Assembly (NCBI GenBank): GCA_050246315.1
Contig: JBFWWG010000001.1
Coordinates: forward strand, 64,001 to 128,000
Source: Nitrospiraceae bacterium
GTDB taxonomy: Bacteria > Nitrospirota > Nitrospiria > Nitrospirales > Nitrospiraceae
Length of the DNA: 64,000 nt
Direction of reading: 5' to 3'
Shown in pieces: positions 10,129 through 20,179 of this stretch (positions are counted from its first letter, which is position 1; every line of letters starts with the position of its first letter). The notes under the pieces were generated by a model that saw only the letters and a list, made by a program, of their open reading frames with translations, had not been told where the DNA came from and did not search any database. The translations under genes and the position numbers were made by a program.

Positions 10129-11454
10129 ATGAAGGTTGAAATGACTGAACTCGGCCCCGTGAAACGGGCCATCAGGATCGAAGTCCCTGAGGAAGAAGTG
10201 AAGGAACGGTTCCGGCGCGCTTACGCAGAACTTAATCGCCAGGTCCAGGTGCCGGGCTTTCGGCCGGGAAAGGCGCCGGTCTCCCTTCTGGAGCGGCGCT
10301 ATGCGAAATCGGTCGAAGAAGATGTCATTCGAACGCTCGTTCCTGAATATTACGATCGGGCGGTCCGCCAAACCGGCATTCATCCTGTCGTGGTGGACAT
10401 CCCGCCGATCGATCGAGTGAAGATTAAGAAGGACGCATCCTTCGCGTTTACCGCAACGGTGGAGATTCGGCCGAAGATCGAGCTCCGAGACTACCGGCCG
10501 CCCAATCCGATCTCGCTGAAGCCGGATAAGCGAAGTGTGACGGACGAACAGTTAACAAAGGCTCTCGATGTACTTCGCGAACAACAGGCCCAGTTGCAGC
10601 CAGCCCCTCCTGGGGTACCCTTGAAGGAAGGGGACTTTGCTGTGCTGGATGTGGAGGGCTTTCTGGAACAACAAGCCCTCGACGGCACAAAAAAGCAGGG
10701 GCATTTGCATCGTATCGGCTCGAAGCTGCCCGTCCTAGGCCTTGAGATCGATCACCACCTCACCGGACAGGTTGAGGGAGCCCACATCGAAATCCCCCAG
10801 AGCTATCCATCCACCCATCCGGACCAGAGAGTCGCTGGCAAAACGGTGACGTTTCGCCTCGCAATCGTGTCGGCGAAACACAAGACGCTACCGGCGTTAG
10901 ACGATGAGTTCGCCAAGGACTGCGGCCCATACACCAGCCTGGACGAACTCAAGGACAAACTTCGTGACCAAATGGAGAAGGCGCTGAAGCGGGACATCGA
11001 GGATGGGTATAAAGAGCAAATCATGAAGCGGCTCGTGGAAACCCATCACTTCGATCTGCCTCAGGTGCTCGTCGATCGGGAAGTCACGGCCATGGTGCGC
11101 TCACAGCTTCATGCTCGTCACCAGAAGCGAGGCGGAGGAGACGAGTCCGACGAACAGACTCTGCGGCCCGAGGAGCTAAAGAAGCTTCAGGAGGATGCGC
11201 TGCCGGAAGCCTCGCGGCGGGTGAAGCTCGGGCTCATTCTGGACGCAGTCGCGGAGAAGGAAGGTCTCCGAGTCGAGGAAGCCGATCTCCAATCCGAGAT
11301 TGCGCGAATGGCCGCGGAGCTGAAGATCGACCAACCGGAACTGCAACGGATCATTCAGGCTGGCGGAAACGATTCTCGTGATGAGTTACAGAGCCGGATT
11401 CTCGCCGACAAGGCACTCGATTTTGTCTATCGACATGCGGTGATTCAAGGGTAG
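10129..11454 (+). CDS. tig: Trigger factor
   Basis: PGFRPGKAP ribosome-binding motif; [10 protein letters not shown]; tig-clpP-clpX synteny. Confidence 0.96.
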   Translation: MKVEMTELGPVKRAIRIEVPEEEVKERFRRAYAELNRQVQVPGFRPGKAPVSLLERRYAKSVEEDVIRTLVPEYYDRAVRQTGIHPVVVDIPPIDRVKIKKDASFAFTATVEIRPKIELRDYRPPNPISLKPDKRSVTDEQLTKALDVLREQQAQLQPAPPGVPLKEGDFAVLDVEGFLEQQALDGTKKQGHLHRIGSKLPVLGLEIDHHLTGQVEGAHIEIPQSYPSTHPDQRVAGKTVTFRLAIVSAKHKTLPALDDEFAKDCGPYTSLDELKDKLRDQMEKALKRDIEDGYKEQIMKRLVETHHFDLPQVLVDREVTAMVRSQLHARHQKRGGGDESDEQTLRPEELKKLQEDALPEASRRVKLGLILDAVAEKEGLRVEEADLQSEIARMAAELKIDQPELQRIIQAGGNDSRDELQSRILADKALDFVYRHAVIQG

Positions 11455-11537
11455 TCCCACGACCAAGTCATGGTTGGGGCAGCCCCAGCGGGGCCGCTGT
11501 AGCGCCCCGCAACGGAAGAAAGAAAGGAACGGAGTGC

Positions 11538-12158
11538 ATGCTGGTACCGATCGTGATCGAGCAGACCAACCGGGGAGAACGAGCCTATGACATTTACTCC
11601 CGGCTGTTGAAGGATCGGATCATATTTCTGGGAGCGCCGATCGACGACATCTTCGCGAATCTGATCATCGCGCAGCTCTTGTTTCTGGAGGCCGAAGATC
11701 CGGAGAAAGACATCAATCTCTACGTCAACTCACCCGGCGGCAGCGTGACAGCCGGACTGGGGATTTACGACACCATGCAGTACGTGAAGCCGCCGATCAA
11801 CACCATCTGCCTCGGGCAGGCGGCCAGCATGGGCGCGCTGCTCCTGGCCGCTGGGACGAAAGGAAAACGGTTCGCGCTTCCGAACGCTAGGGTGATGATC
11901 CATCAGCCGATGGGCGGATTCCAGGGACAGGCCACGGAGATCGACATCCACGCGCGGGAGATCCTGAAGATCCGCGAGCGTCTCAACGACATTCTGGCCA
12001 AGCACACGGGGCAACCGCTGGAGAAGATCGCCCTGGACACCGAGCGCGATTACTTCATGTCCGGCGAGGAAGCCAAGCGATACGGACTTATCGACGAAGT
12101 CATCACCCGACCCCCGAAAATGCTGAAAGAGACCGGGGGGCTCACCGCGAGCAAGTAG
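11538..12158 (+). CDS. clpP: ATP-dependent Clp protease proteolytic subunit
   Basis: [34 protein letters not shown]. Confidence 0.98.
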   Translation: MLVPIVIEQTNRGERAYDIYSRLLKDRIIFLGAPIDDIFANLIIAQLLFLEAEDPEKDINLYVNSPGGSVTAGLGIYDTMQYVKPPINTICLGQAASMGALLLAAGTKGKRFALPNARVMIHQPMGGFQGQATEIDIHAREILKIRERLNDILAKHTGQPLEKIALDTERDYFMSGEEAKRYGLIDEVITRPPKMLKETGGLTASK

Positions 12159-12195
12159 TCCGGAGCAGAGGTCACTCGTTACACCAGGAGGCCGC

Positions 12196-13446
12196 ATGGC
12201 GAAGCAGGACAAGATGGACCGCCACTTACGCTGTTCCTTTTGCGGAAAAAGTCGGGATGAGGTGCGCAAGCTGATCGCCGGGCCGACCGTCTACATCTGC
12301 GACGAGTGCGTCAATCTTTGTAACGACATCATTGCGGAGGACTGGGAGGAAGCGAAAGAGGAGATCTCCTCGAAACTGAGGAAGCCCTCCGAAATCAAGC
12401 ACCACCTCGACCAGTATGTGATTGGTCAGGATCGGGCAAAGAAGATCCTCTCCGTCGCCGTCCACAACCACTATAAGCGCATTTCCAGCAAGGACGTGGA
12501 CGAGGTCGAACTGCAGAAGGGGAACATCCTGATGATTGGGCCTACAGGGACAGGCAAGACCCTACTTGCCCAGACTCTCGCCCGCTATCTGGACGTTCCC
12601 TTTACGCTCGCAGACGCCACAACACTGACAGAAGCCGGCTATGTGGGGGAGGATGTGGAAAACATCATCCTCAAACTCTTGCAAGCCGCCGACTATGACG
12701 TGGAACGGGCGGAGCGGGGCATCGTCTACATCGATGAAATCGACAAGATCAGCCGAAAGAGCGATAGTCCGTCCATCACGCGCGACGTGTCCGGCGAAGG
12801 TGTGCAGCAGGCATTGCTCAAGCTGATCGAGGGAACCGTCGCCAATGTTCCGCCACAGGGGGGGCGAAAGCACCCTCACCAGGAATTCATCCAGGTCAAT
12901 ACGGGTAACATCCTCTTTATCTGCGGAGGCGCCTTCGTCGGGCTTGAAAACATCATCGAGCAGCGCCTCAACCGTAAACAGATGGGATTCGGCGCGGACA
13001 TTCGAAGCCGCAAGGATGTGCGCCTCGGAGATGTCCTGGCGAAGGTGCAACCGGAGGACCTGTTGAAGTACGGATTGATTCCGGAGTTCATCGGGCGCCT
13101 GCCGGTGATTGCGACCCTCGAAGAACTGGACGAGCGGGCCTTGATCCGCATTCTCACCGAACCTCGCAACGCCCTGACCAAGCAGTATGAGAAGTTGCTT
13201 TCATTCGAGAAGGTCAAACTGAAGCTTACCGACGGCGCACTCAACGCCGTCGCCAAAAAGGCCTATGCGCAGAAGACCGGTGCCCGCGGCTTGCGCGCGA
13301 TCCTGGAAGAAGTCATGTTGGATGTCATGTACGATGTCCCTTCCCAGAAACAGATCAAGGAAATCATCGTGACCGAGGAAGTCGTAGAAGGAAAGAACGT
13401 GCCAATCCGGATTTTCGAGCACGACAAGGACATCAAGAGCGCCTAG
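12196..13446 (+). CDS. clpX: ATP-dependent Clp protease ATPase ClpX
   Basis: CSFCGK zinc domain, [36 protein letters not shown]. Confidence 0.98.
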   Translation: MAKQDKMDRHLRCSFCGKSRDEVRKLIAGPTVYICDECVNLCNDIIAEDWEEAKEEISSKLRKPSEIKHHLDQYVIGQDRAKKILSVAVHNHYKRISSKDVDEVELQKGNILMIGPTGTGKTLLAQTLARYLDVPFTLADATTLTEAGYVGEDVENIILKLLQAADYDVERAERGIVYIDEIDKISRKSDSPSITRDVSGEGVQQALLKLIEGTVANVPPQGGRKHPHQEFIQVNTGNILFICGGAFVGLENIIEQRLNRKQMGFGADIRSRKDVRLGDVLAKVQPEDLLKYGLIPEFIGRLPVIATLEELDERALIRILTEPRNALTKQYEKLLSFEKVKLKLTDGALNAVAKKAYAQKTGARGLRAILEEVMLDVMYDVPSQKQIKEIIVTEEVVEGKNVPIRIFEHDKDIKSA

Positions 13447-13703
13447 CCTGAACGCCGACACACTACACTCTCTGCCTACTACCACGGGTTCGGGCGACCA
13501 TTGGTGCTCTCGCCGACCAGCCACATCTCCGTTCCAGGACTCTCGACGTGTCGGCTTCTCGATGCACTGACGTCGTGTCAGGCGATGACGAGGTCGGTCA
13601 TGCGACCGGTCTTGGGCTTCCGGTGCTGATTGAGCCATTCGTTCCTAGAGTCACGTTTTTGTTCGACAATTCAACGGCCTGCGCTATACTTCCTCTTGGG
13701 ATC

Positions 13704-14237
13704 ATGGCCACGGCACGAGACAATCTCAAGCATTCGGTTCCGGCTAACCGCCGCCACAGCGGCAAAACCCTGGAAATGGACCTCGAACACGAGGTCCTGA
13801 TCCTCCGCGGGGCTAGCGGCGAACTGATCGGCAGCATCTCGTGGGATTCGATCATTGAACAGGTGCTCGCCTACCATGAATCACGCCCACCCCAAGAGGA
13901 TCGGCGTGAACCCCGCGTCTCCCTCGCTCTGCGTGTGCGGTATCGGACCCCGGAAGGGCAGACCTTTGAGAGTCGGGCGGGAGGCATCGGCGGTGGAGGG
14001 ATCTTCATCGAAAGTGAAGACCCTCTGGCGATCGGAACAAATCTGTATATCGAATTCGCCTTCCCCGAACGCCCGACCGATTGGTTGACCGCCCGCGGCA
14101 TTGTCGCTTGGGTATGTCCCAAAGCCGATCAATACACCTTTTCACCGGGCATGGGCATCAAGTTCAATGAAATCGCTCCCGACGTACGGAACCGGATCAT
14201 CGATCTGGTGCGCTCGCTGAGAACTGCAGGGTTCTAA
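13704..14237 (+). CDS. PilZ-domain protein (paralog 1)
   Basis: RREPR...GGIFIE...GIVAWV...PGMGIKF. Start ATG 13704, downstream of a TATACT -10 box. Confidence 0.85.
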   Translation: MATARDNLKHSVPANRRHSGKTLEMDLEHEVLILRGASGELIGSISWDSIIEQVLAYHESRPPQEDRREPRVSLALRVRYRTPEGQTFESRAGGIGGGGIFIESEDPLAIGTNLYIEFAFPERPTDWLTARGIVAWVCPKADQYTFSPGMGIKFNEIAPDVRNRIIDLVRSLRTAGF

Positions 14238-14283
14238 CCGTCATCCGCCCCCCTGTGCGTTACGGGAGACCGGGCTCCCCTTC

Positions 14284-14802
14284 ATGAGATTTCCGATCCT
14301 TTCGACGCAATATCATCAGGGCAAGACCTTGGAGATCGACTGCGATCGCGAAACGGTCGCCCTCTACGACCTTGGCGGGCATCACATCGGCACCCTCACC
14401 TGGGCCTGGGTGATCGACCGAATCCTTTCGACTCAGGACGGGGACGAATACGCACATGCCAGAGCCTATCCACGAGCGCCCCTGGCCATCAAGGTGCATT
14501 GCGTGACATCGGAGGGGAAGGAATTCGAGAGCCTGACGGGCGGCATTGGAGGCGGGGGGCTGTTCATCGAGAGCGGGAGCCCGCTCCAGCCCGGCAGCGA
14601 ACTGACAGTGGAATTTACGCTACCGGATCACCCGAGCGAGAAAATTGCAGCACAAGGTCGTGTGGTCTGGAGACGCACCAAAACTGAGCGACTTCTACTC
14701 TTTCCTGGAATGGGCATTCAGTTCACCGATATCGCCGCGGAGGCCAGAGAGAAGATCGTGCATTTGGTCGAGTCCCTTAACCGGAGCCGGATCCCGACCT
14801 GA
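14284..14802 (+). CDS. PilZ-domain protein (paralog 2)
   Basis: RAYPR...GGLFIE...GRVVWRR...PGMGIQF; full-length similarity to the upstream gene. Confidence 0.85.
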   Translation: MRFPILSTQYHQGKTLEIDCDRETVALYDLGGHHIGTLTWAWVIDRILSTQDGDEYAHARAYPRAPLAIKVHCVTSEGKEFESLTGGIGGGGLFIESGSPLQPGSELTVEFTLPDHPSEKIAAQGRVVWRRTKTERLLLFPGMGIQFTDIAAEAREKIVHLVESLNRSRIPT

Positions 14803-15577
14803 CCGATTCCACAGCTGCAGCCGCCCAGCGCCGCACCTGACCGTCCCCATCATTGGTTGCAGCCCGTTGCAAGGGCTCGATCACATCCGCGGTTCCAATC
14901 TTCCCCAGTCGAAAGGCCGCCTCCGCCCGTACCGGTGCTGCTGGATCAGAAGTCAACCGGGCCAGAAGCGGAGGGATCGCACGAGCGTCGCCCAGTTCAC
15001 CCAACGCAGCGACAACGGCCTGCCTGACCTCCACATCCTGATCTCCAGAGACCCCTACAAGAGTGGGAAGTATGTCAACCGTAGCCTGGCCGATTAGGGC
15101 ACGAGCCGCAGCTCTGCGCATCCCAGAATTCGATGACTGCAGTGCCGGCAGGAGGCGCCGGGCCGTTCCTTGATCTTGATTCAACTCACTCAGGGCCTGC
15201 GACGCCGCCTGTCGCACCGTCGACACTGGGTCGCTAAGGCTGGCCACAAGGGAGTTCATCGTCTCTGGCGACCCCCCTCCTTCCAGGTTGAGTGTTCCGA
15301 GGGCCCAGGCGCTCCACTGTCGCACCCGGCCATCGTTGTCCTGCAGCCGTTGAAGCAGGATCGGATTCGATTCCACCTTCCCGATTCGTCCAAGGGCCAC
15401 TACCGTCGTGAGCCGTACCTCCGGGTCTCGATCCTCTGCCAATCGGATCAGCCTGTTCATAGTGCCTTGCAGATCGGGATCCGGTGACTGGTTGTGACAA
15501 CCTGACACCAGACCGATAAGGATCAGCGCCTGGACAATCATCCACATGATTCGAACTGGAGGGAGTGCGCGAGACAC
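14777..15577 (-). CDS. HEAT-repeat lipoprotein
   Basis: Lipobox VSGC; repeated D.d..VR..A..ALG units; start uncertain. Confidence 0.85.
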   Translation of the reverse strand: MSRALPPVRIMWMIVQALILIGLVSGCHNQSPDPDLQGTMNRLIRLAEDRDPEVRLTTVVALGRIGKVESNPILLQRLQDNDGRVRQWSAWALGTLNLEGGGSPETMNSLVASLSDPVSTVRQAASQALSELNQDQGTARRLLPALQSSNSGMRRAAARALIGQATVDILPTLVGVSGDQDVEVRQAVVAALGELGDARAIPPLLARLTSDPAAPVRAEAAFRLGKIGTADVIEPLQRAATNDGDGQVRRWAAAAVESVRSGSGSG

Positions 15578-15603
15578 GAAATCGATAGGGGCAGCGATCA
15601 GGC

Positions 15604-16440
15604 CTATTTCGGCGGGGTGTCCTCGTGGACCGCTGGCATCTGCTTGGCCACTTCGACCGAGTCCTGGATTTCCTTTTGCGCGGCATCGACTTCCGTTTGA
15701 AAAACCCTGACCTGAGGCTCAATGGCTCCTCGTATTTCGGCCGTCGTCTCGCGGACCAGACGAAACGCTTCGCCCAACCCTTGGCCAAAATCCTGCATGT
15801 CCTGTGGACTCAGGCCGGCAGGCTGTGAGGAGCCGTGAGCCTGCTTATTGGCACGCATGGCAACCTGTTGAGCCTGCACCCGGGCCACCGCTTCTTTGTT
15901 CACGATCGCCGAGGGACGTTTGGTCGCCGGCTTTGCCTGAGCGGTTGGAGGAACCGGAGGATAGGAAGCCCGCATCGCCACCGTCGGCTGTGTAAGCCGC
16001 TCCTCCATGGTCGGCGGTTGATGAGATGGGGAGGGTGATGCAGCAGACTGTTGAATGGGCGGGGAGATGGTCAGCACGGCCGGCTTCGGTGGCGCCTGGT
16101 ACGCCTGTGGCGCCGCAGCTGCCATCACGGCGGCTGTCGTTCCCGGCGTCAGCTCAGGTCCGGGCGTATAGGGCGCCGTCGGCTGAGGCGGCGGAATCGC
16201 CGGCGTCGCGTCTGCTCTCGGGTGTGCCGCCGTCGCCGTTGCCAAGTTGGCCTCCGGTGTGGCCTCGACAGTCTGTGAGGCCGGCTCGGCCTGCGGCAAC
16301 GGCTCCTGGACCTCTTTCTTGAACCCCTTTAAAGCCTTCCCGATACCCTCTCCAATTTGAGGCAACCGGCCAGCCCCGAAGATGATCAGGATGATGACAA
16401 GGATAATGATGAGTTCGGAGAACCCCATCGTACCGAACAT
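15604..16440 (-). CDS. tatA: TatA/E-family protein with long Pro/Ala-rich extension
   Basis: [44 protein letters not shown]-terminus; 278 aa in total. Confidence 0.8.
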   Translation of the reverse strand: MFGTMGFSELIIILVIILIIFGAGRLPQIGEGIGKALKGFKKEVQEPLPQAEPASQTVEATPEANLATATAAHPRADATPAIPPPQPTAPYTPGPELTPGTTAAVMAAAAPQAYQAPPKPAVLTISPPIQQSAASPSPSHQPPTMEERLTQPTVAMRASYPPVPPTAQAKPATKRPSAIVNKEAVARVQAQQVAMRANKQAHGSSQPAGLSPQDMQDFGQGLGEAFRLVRETTAEIRGAIEPQVRVFQTEVDAAQKEIQDSVEVAKQMPAVHEDTPPK

Positions 16441-16623
16441 CGGGTCACCTACGACGGTTTCAGTATGAAAACCCCATCGAGACCGCAGGTCTCCTTCTGG
16501 CCTCCCCCGGCACACGTCACTCTATCTGGGGCCTGTCAGAAGTGTCAAGACAGCAGCCCCGGTCTTGGGGCCACACTCAGGCTTTTAGCAGGGACACGGA
16601 AGCCCATGGCAGCAGTCGGTTGG

Positions 16624-17850
16624 CTACAACCCCAGAATTGGAATGATCTCAGTTTGAAGCGGAAGCCCAAACACCAAGGCGTCCCGGCCGTCGAGATAGA
16701 CATCCAGCTCACTCCGGATGCCGAAGTCGCCCGGAAGGTAAATACCCGGTTCAATCGAAAAACAGGTGTGATTCAGGAGCCGTCGAAGATCCCGTGTCTC
16801 CAGATTATCGATGTTGGCTCCGTTGCCGTGAACCTCTTCGCCGATCGAATGACCGGTGCGATGGACAAACTGCTCGCCATAGCCCGCCTCGTTGATCACC
16901 ATGCGACACACATCGTCCACCTCCCACCCGCAAGGCCAGTCGTCTGATCGGATACGCCGGCGCACAAATTGAAGCGCCGTGTCGCGAGCAAGGCGCACGA
17001 TGTGAAAGACCTCCTGCTGGCGAGACGGGACCTTCGGCCCCACAAAACCGGTCCAGGTAATGTCGGCATAGACCGAGCCGGCGGCCGGAGCTTTGGCCCA
17101 CAGATCGATCAGGAGCAGGTCGCCTTTCGAGATCGGCATGGACGATGCGGCGCTCGGTCCGTAGTGGGGATCGGCGCTGTGGGCGTTGACCGCCACGATC
17201 GGTGGGCTGGATGTCACCACGCCATGGTACTGAAAACGTCCCAGCATGAACTGTTGCAGTTGGTACTCGGTCAACTCTTGCCCGCGGGTGACCGCCTCGG
17301 CGACCTCCCGGAAGGTCTCATCGACCACCAGTCGCAGGACTTTCGCCGCCGCGCGATGTGCGGCCAACTGCTCCTGATTCCAGACCGCTTCGAACTGCTG
17401 GACCAGATCAGCCGACGTTACTGGTTCGACTCCGATGCTGCGGATCAGCTCGACGGTGCCGGCATCGACCCGCGCAACGTAAGGAATGGCGTTCATTGGC
17501 GAATACTGCATGGCGACCCGCGCCCCACGTGGAAGCATGCTGCGCAGACGATCGTGTTGCTCTTGCCACGAGACGTAGGTCAACGTCTTGCCCGGTAACG
17601 CATCGAGCACATGCGGTTCGATGCGATGGCTCAGTTTCACCGGTTGTCCATCTGCCGGCACCCAATAGTACCATCGCCTGGTGACGTGCTGGGCGGGATC
17701 CAGGAGCAGAATCCGATAGGCGATGGAGTCGCTATGTCGGAAATCATAGAACAGCCACCCATCCAACCCGGCCAAACCTGTCGATCCCGCAGCGCGTCGG
17801 AGGGCCGTCTGAATGTCGGTCACACGTTGATGCCTATCCTCTATCGCCAT
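16624..17850 (-). CDS. M24 (Xaa-Pro) aminopeptidase
   Basis: DPHY, LIDLW, YADIT, HRTGHSIG, SIEPGIY, GIRSE metal-ligand motifs. Confidence 0.9.
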   Translation of the reverse strand: MAIEDRHQRVTDIQTALRRAAGSTGLAGLDGWLFYDFRHSDSIAYRILLLDPAQHVTRRWYYWVPADGQPVKLSHRIEPHVLDALPGKTLTYVSWQEQHDRLRSMLPRGARVAMQYSPMNAIPYVARVDAGTVELIRSIGVEPVTSADLVQQFEAVWNQEQLAAHRAAAKVLRLVVDETFREVAEAVTRGQELTEYQLQQFMLGRFQYHGVVTSSPPIVAVNAHSADPHYGPSAASSMPISKGDLLLIDLWAKAPAAGSVYADITWTGFVGPKVPSRQQEVFHIVRLARDTALQFVRRRIRSDDWPCGWEVDDVCRMVINEAGYGEQFVHRTGHSIGEEVHGNGANIDNLETRDLRRLLNHTCFSIEPGIYLPGDFGIRSELDVYLDGRDALVFGLPLQTEIIPILGL

Positions 17851-17899
17851 ACCGGCATCTTAGCTTCGCGATCGACCGGCGTCAAAGCAGACGCCCCAG

Positions 17900-18234
17900 T
17901 CGGATGGTGAAAAAGTTCTCCAGCCTTGTTGGGGCACCCATTGCGGTCATCTCTTCATGCAAGGCGTTCAATGCGAAGAGGCTTAACCCTGAAGGGGTTT
18001 CTCCGCTCGCCACGAACTATCCGATGGGCGAGCGGATCACACGAAGTGCGGTATGTACCTCCTTGCCTCCTCGTTCGCTGCGGCCGCGCCCACGGAGAGC
18101 CGCGTCTTGGCGCGCCGGGGTGGGCGGGTGAGATGGCGGACTTTTTGACCATCCTGCACGGGATTCTGAGATCGTCCGTGATCCCTCGTTGGGGCCGGCT
18201 TTCACGGGTGCTCGAAGGGGTTATCAACAGCCTG
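17900..18234 (-). mobile_element. ~335-bp MITE-like structured element, family A copy 2 (inverted)
   Basis: Ends TCGGATGGTGAAAAAG / TTATCAACAGCCTG; core nearly identical to the reverse complement of 34609-34868. Confidence 0.8.
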
Positions 18235-18290
18235 CTGGAGCCGGAAGAAGCGTGAACGGTTCATTATCCGTGATGGTAGAATACGGCATC

Positions 18291-18740
18291 ATGTCCTTCC
18301 TGACGCCTCCGACGGCTCCACAGTACCGTGTGACTCTGTTCTACGGACCAGACCTCGCTGCGGGAGATGGATCTCGTCTCCATTGCGTGTTCAATGTGAA
18401 GAAACGGAGCTGGAAGGCCGGCATCCAGGTGGCGGTCGAACTGTCTGCCGACCTCATCGCCGACCTCAATCGTCGACTATGCTTCGACTCCTGGCTGGAG
18501 GGCGTTTTGGGTTCGATGAACAACGACGCCCGGCGCGAGTACCGGCACCGGGCTCAAGACTTGTTGGTGGTCCACGCCTGCACCCGCAAGCTAACCGCTG
18601 CACTCAACAATGGACTCCCTCAAGAAAATGCAACGCTGAGTATCGGGCCGGTGGACGACGACCTTCCCAACGCCCTCGGCGAACTGAGCGCCGCAATCAA
18701 ACAGCAGGTCCTTGTCGAATTAGATCTCGCCGCTCAGTAG
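18291..18740 (+). CDS. Hypothetical protein
   Basis: Protein-like ORF (YRVTLFYGP...CVFNVKKRSWK) filling the gap; no family recognised. Confidence 0.65.
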   Translation: MSFLTPPTAPQYRVTLFYGPDLAAGDGSRLHCVFNVKKRSWKAGIQVAVELSADLIADLNRRLCFDSWLEGVLGSMNNDARREYRHRAQDLLVVHACTRKLTAALNNGLPQENATLSIGPVDDDLPNALGELSAAIKQQVLVELDLAAQ

Positions 18741-18887
18741 TCGCTGGCAAGGCTCATCGTTCCCATTGTCCAACCGGGATTTAGATGTTTGCTTTCGAGG
18801 GCAGATTTGCTATATGTGGCCTTGATGCGTGTTCGCCTCGCGAACCGCGGCGACGAGCTTGATTATTCGCAACCAGGAGGGAACGTC

Positions 18888-19316
18888 GTGAAGGTGTTGC
18901 CGTTCGGCTGGTATGGAACCGTTGGGTTTCGTGGCTCGATGTTTCAGTCCATTGCCCTCGTCCTGATGATTCTCGCCGTGTCCCATCTTGCCTTCGTTCC
19001 GCTTGTCTCGGCTCAGTCGAAAGAGGAAGGTGGAGCGGAATCGACCGGCTCGCAGGCCGGCATGGGTGTCGCCTCCTTCTTCGTTAACCTCGTATACATG
19101 CCGACCAAGGTTGCCTACGCGATTCTCGGCGGCATCGTGGGCGGGTTTGCGTACGGGCTGACCGGAGGTGACGACAAGGTAGCCAAGAAGGTTTGGGATA
19201 CCAGCCTCCGCGGCACTTATGTGATCACGCCCGACCATTTGCGGGGAGACAAGCCTGTGCGCTTCCTCGGTGTCCCTCAGGAAGAAGAGGAAGCCGAAGC
19301 GACTCCGACCCGCTGA
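18888..19316 (+). CDS. Hypothetical exported/membrane protein
   Basis: AGGAGG RBS before GTG 18888; signal peptide; Gly-rich hydrophobic segment. Confidence 0.7.
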   Translation: MKVLPFGWYGTVGFRGSMFQSIALVLMILAVSHLAFVPLVSAQSKEEGGAESTGSQAGMGVASFFVNLVYMPTKVAYAILGGIVGGFAYGLTGGDDKVAKKVWDTSLRGTYVITPDHLRGDKPVRFLGVPQEEEEAEATPTR

Positions 19317-19334
19317 CGAACTCCACAAACCTGG

Positions 19335-20072
19335 ATGAAGCCGGTTATCGGCGTCACACCTGATTTTAATCCCGGCGACCGGGAGGACATGGGAGGCAAG
19401 GAGCCGACCTATTTTCTCCGGGCTCGTTATGTTCGGGCGATTGAAGAGCTGGGAGGGCTCCCGGTGATCCTCCCGCTGGCTGCCTTCGAGACCGACCGGA
19501 AGCGCCTGCTCTCGGACCTTGACGGACTATTGTTGACCGGAAGCGGACCTGATCTTCCTCCTCGTCTCTACGGCGAGAGACAACGTTACCCATTTACCGT
19601 GATGAGCGAGCGTCGTTTCTCCTTCGAATCGACCCTCGCTCGGCTGGCCTGCAGGACCAAATTACCGACCTTGGGTATTTGCGGGGGGATGCAGGCCATG
19701 AACGTCGCGCTCGGTGGAAGTCTGGTGCAGGATATCCTTGCCCAGCTCCACTCCCCGTTGACCCATCGCCAGGCTTTTCCGGCGACGGAATTGTCTCATA
19801 CCGTCTCGATCACCGACGGCAGCCTGTTGCATCGCATCGTGCGGCAACGAGAGATTCGAGTCAACAGCTCACACCATCAGTCCGTCAAGCGCGTTGCACC
19901 AAGGCTCACCGCGAGCGCAACGGCCCCGGACAGCGTGATTGAAGCCATCGAGTCGTCGCGACATCCCTTCTTTCTTGGGGTTCAGTGGCACCCGGAGTTT
20001 CTGTACGATCGGTTCGAATATCATCAGCGATTGTTCCACGCCTTCTTAGCGGCAGCCAGGACACGGGCCTGA
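19335..20072 (+). CDS. Gamma-glutamyl-gamma-aminobutyrate hydrolase family (peptidase C26, PuuD-like)
   Basis: KPVIGVT, LGICGGMQ nucleophile elbow, VNSSHHQ, GVQWHPE. Confidence 0.9.
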   Translation: MKPVIGVTPDFNPGDREDMGGKEPTYFLRARYVRAIEELGGLPVILPLAAFETDRKRLLSDLDGLLLTGSGPDLPPRLYGERQRYPFTVMSERRFSFESTLARLACRTKLPTLGICGGMQAMNVALGGSLVQDILAQLHSPLTHRQAFPATELSHTVSITDGSLLHRIVRQREIRVNSSHHQSVKRVAPRLTASATAPDSVIEAIESSRHPFFLGVQWHPEFLYDRFEYHQRLFHAFLAAARTRA

Positions 20073-20179
20073 CCGCCGGATCGGACCTGCTCTCGCCGCA
20101 AGAGACTGCTATACTTGATCAGATATCAACCATGCATGTCTGGACGGCGATCGTGCCCCTGTCCTGAGACCGATCCACC

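Noticed and set aside
17904..18255. Short ORFs over family A copies (also 6554-6888 and 34416-34864)
   Set aside because: They overlap in several frames within the repeat and have no protein-like motifs; their mutual similarity is explained by the DNA repeat.
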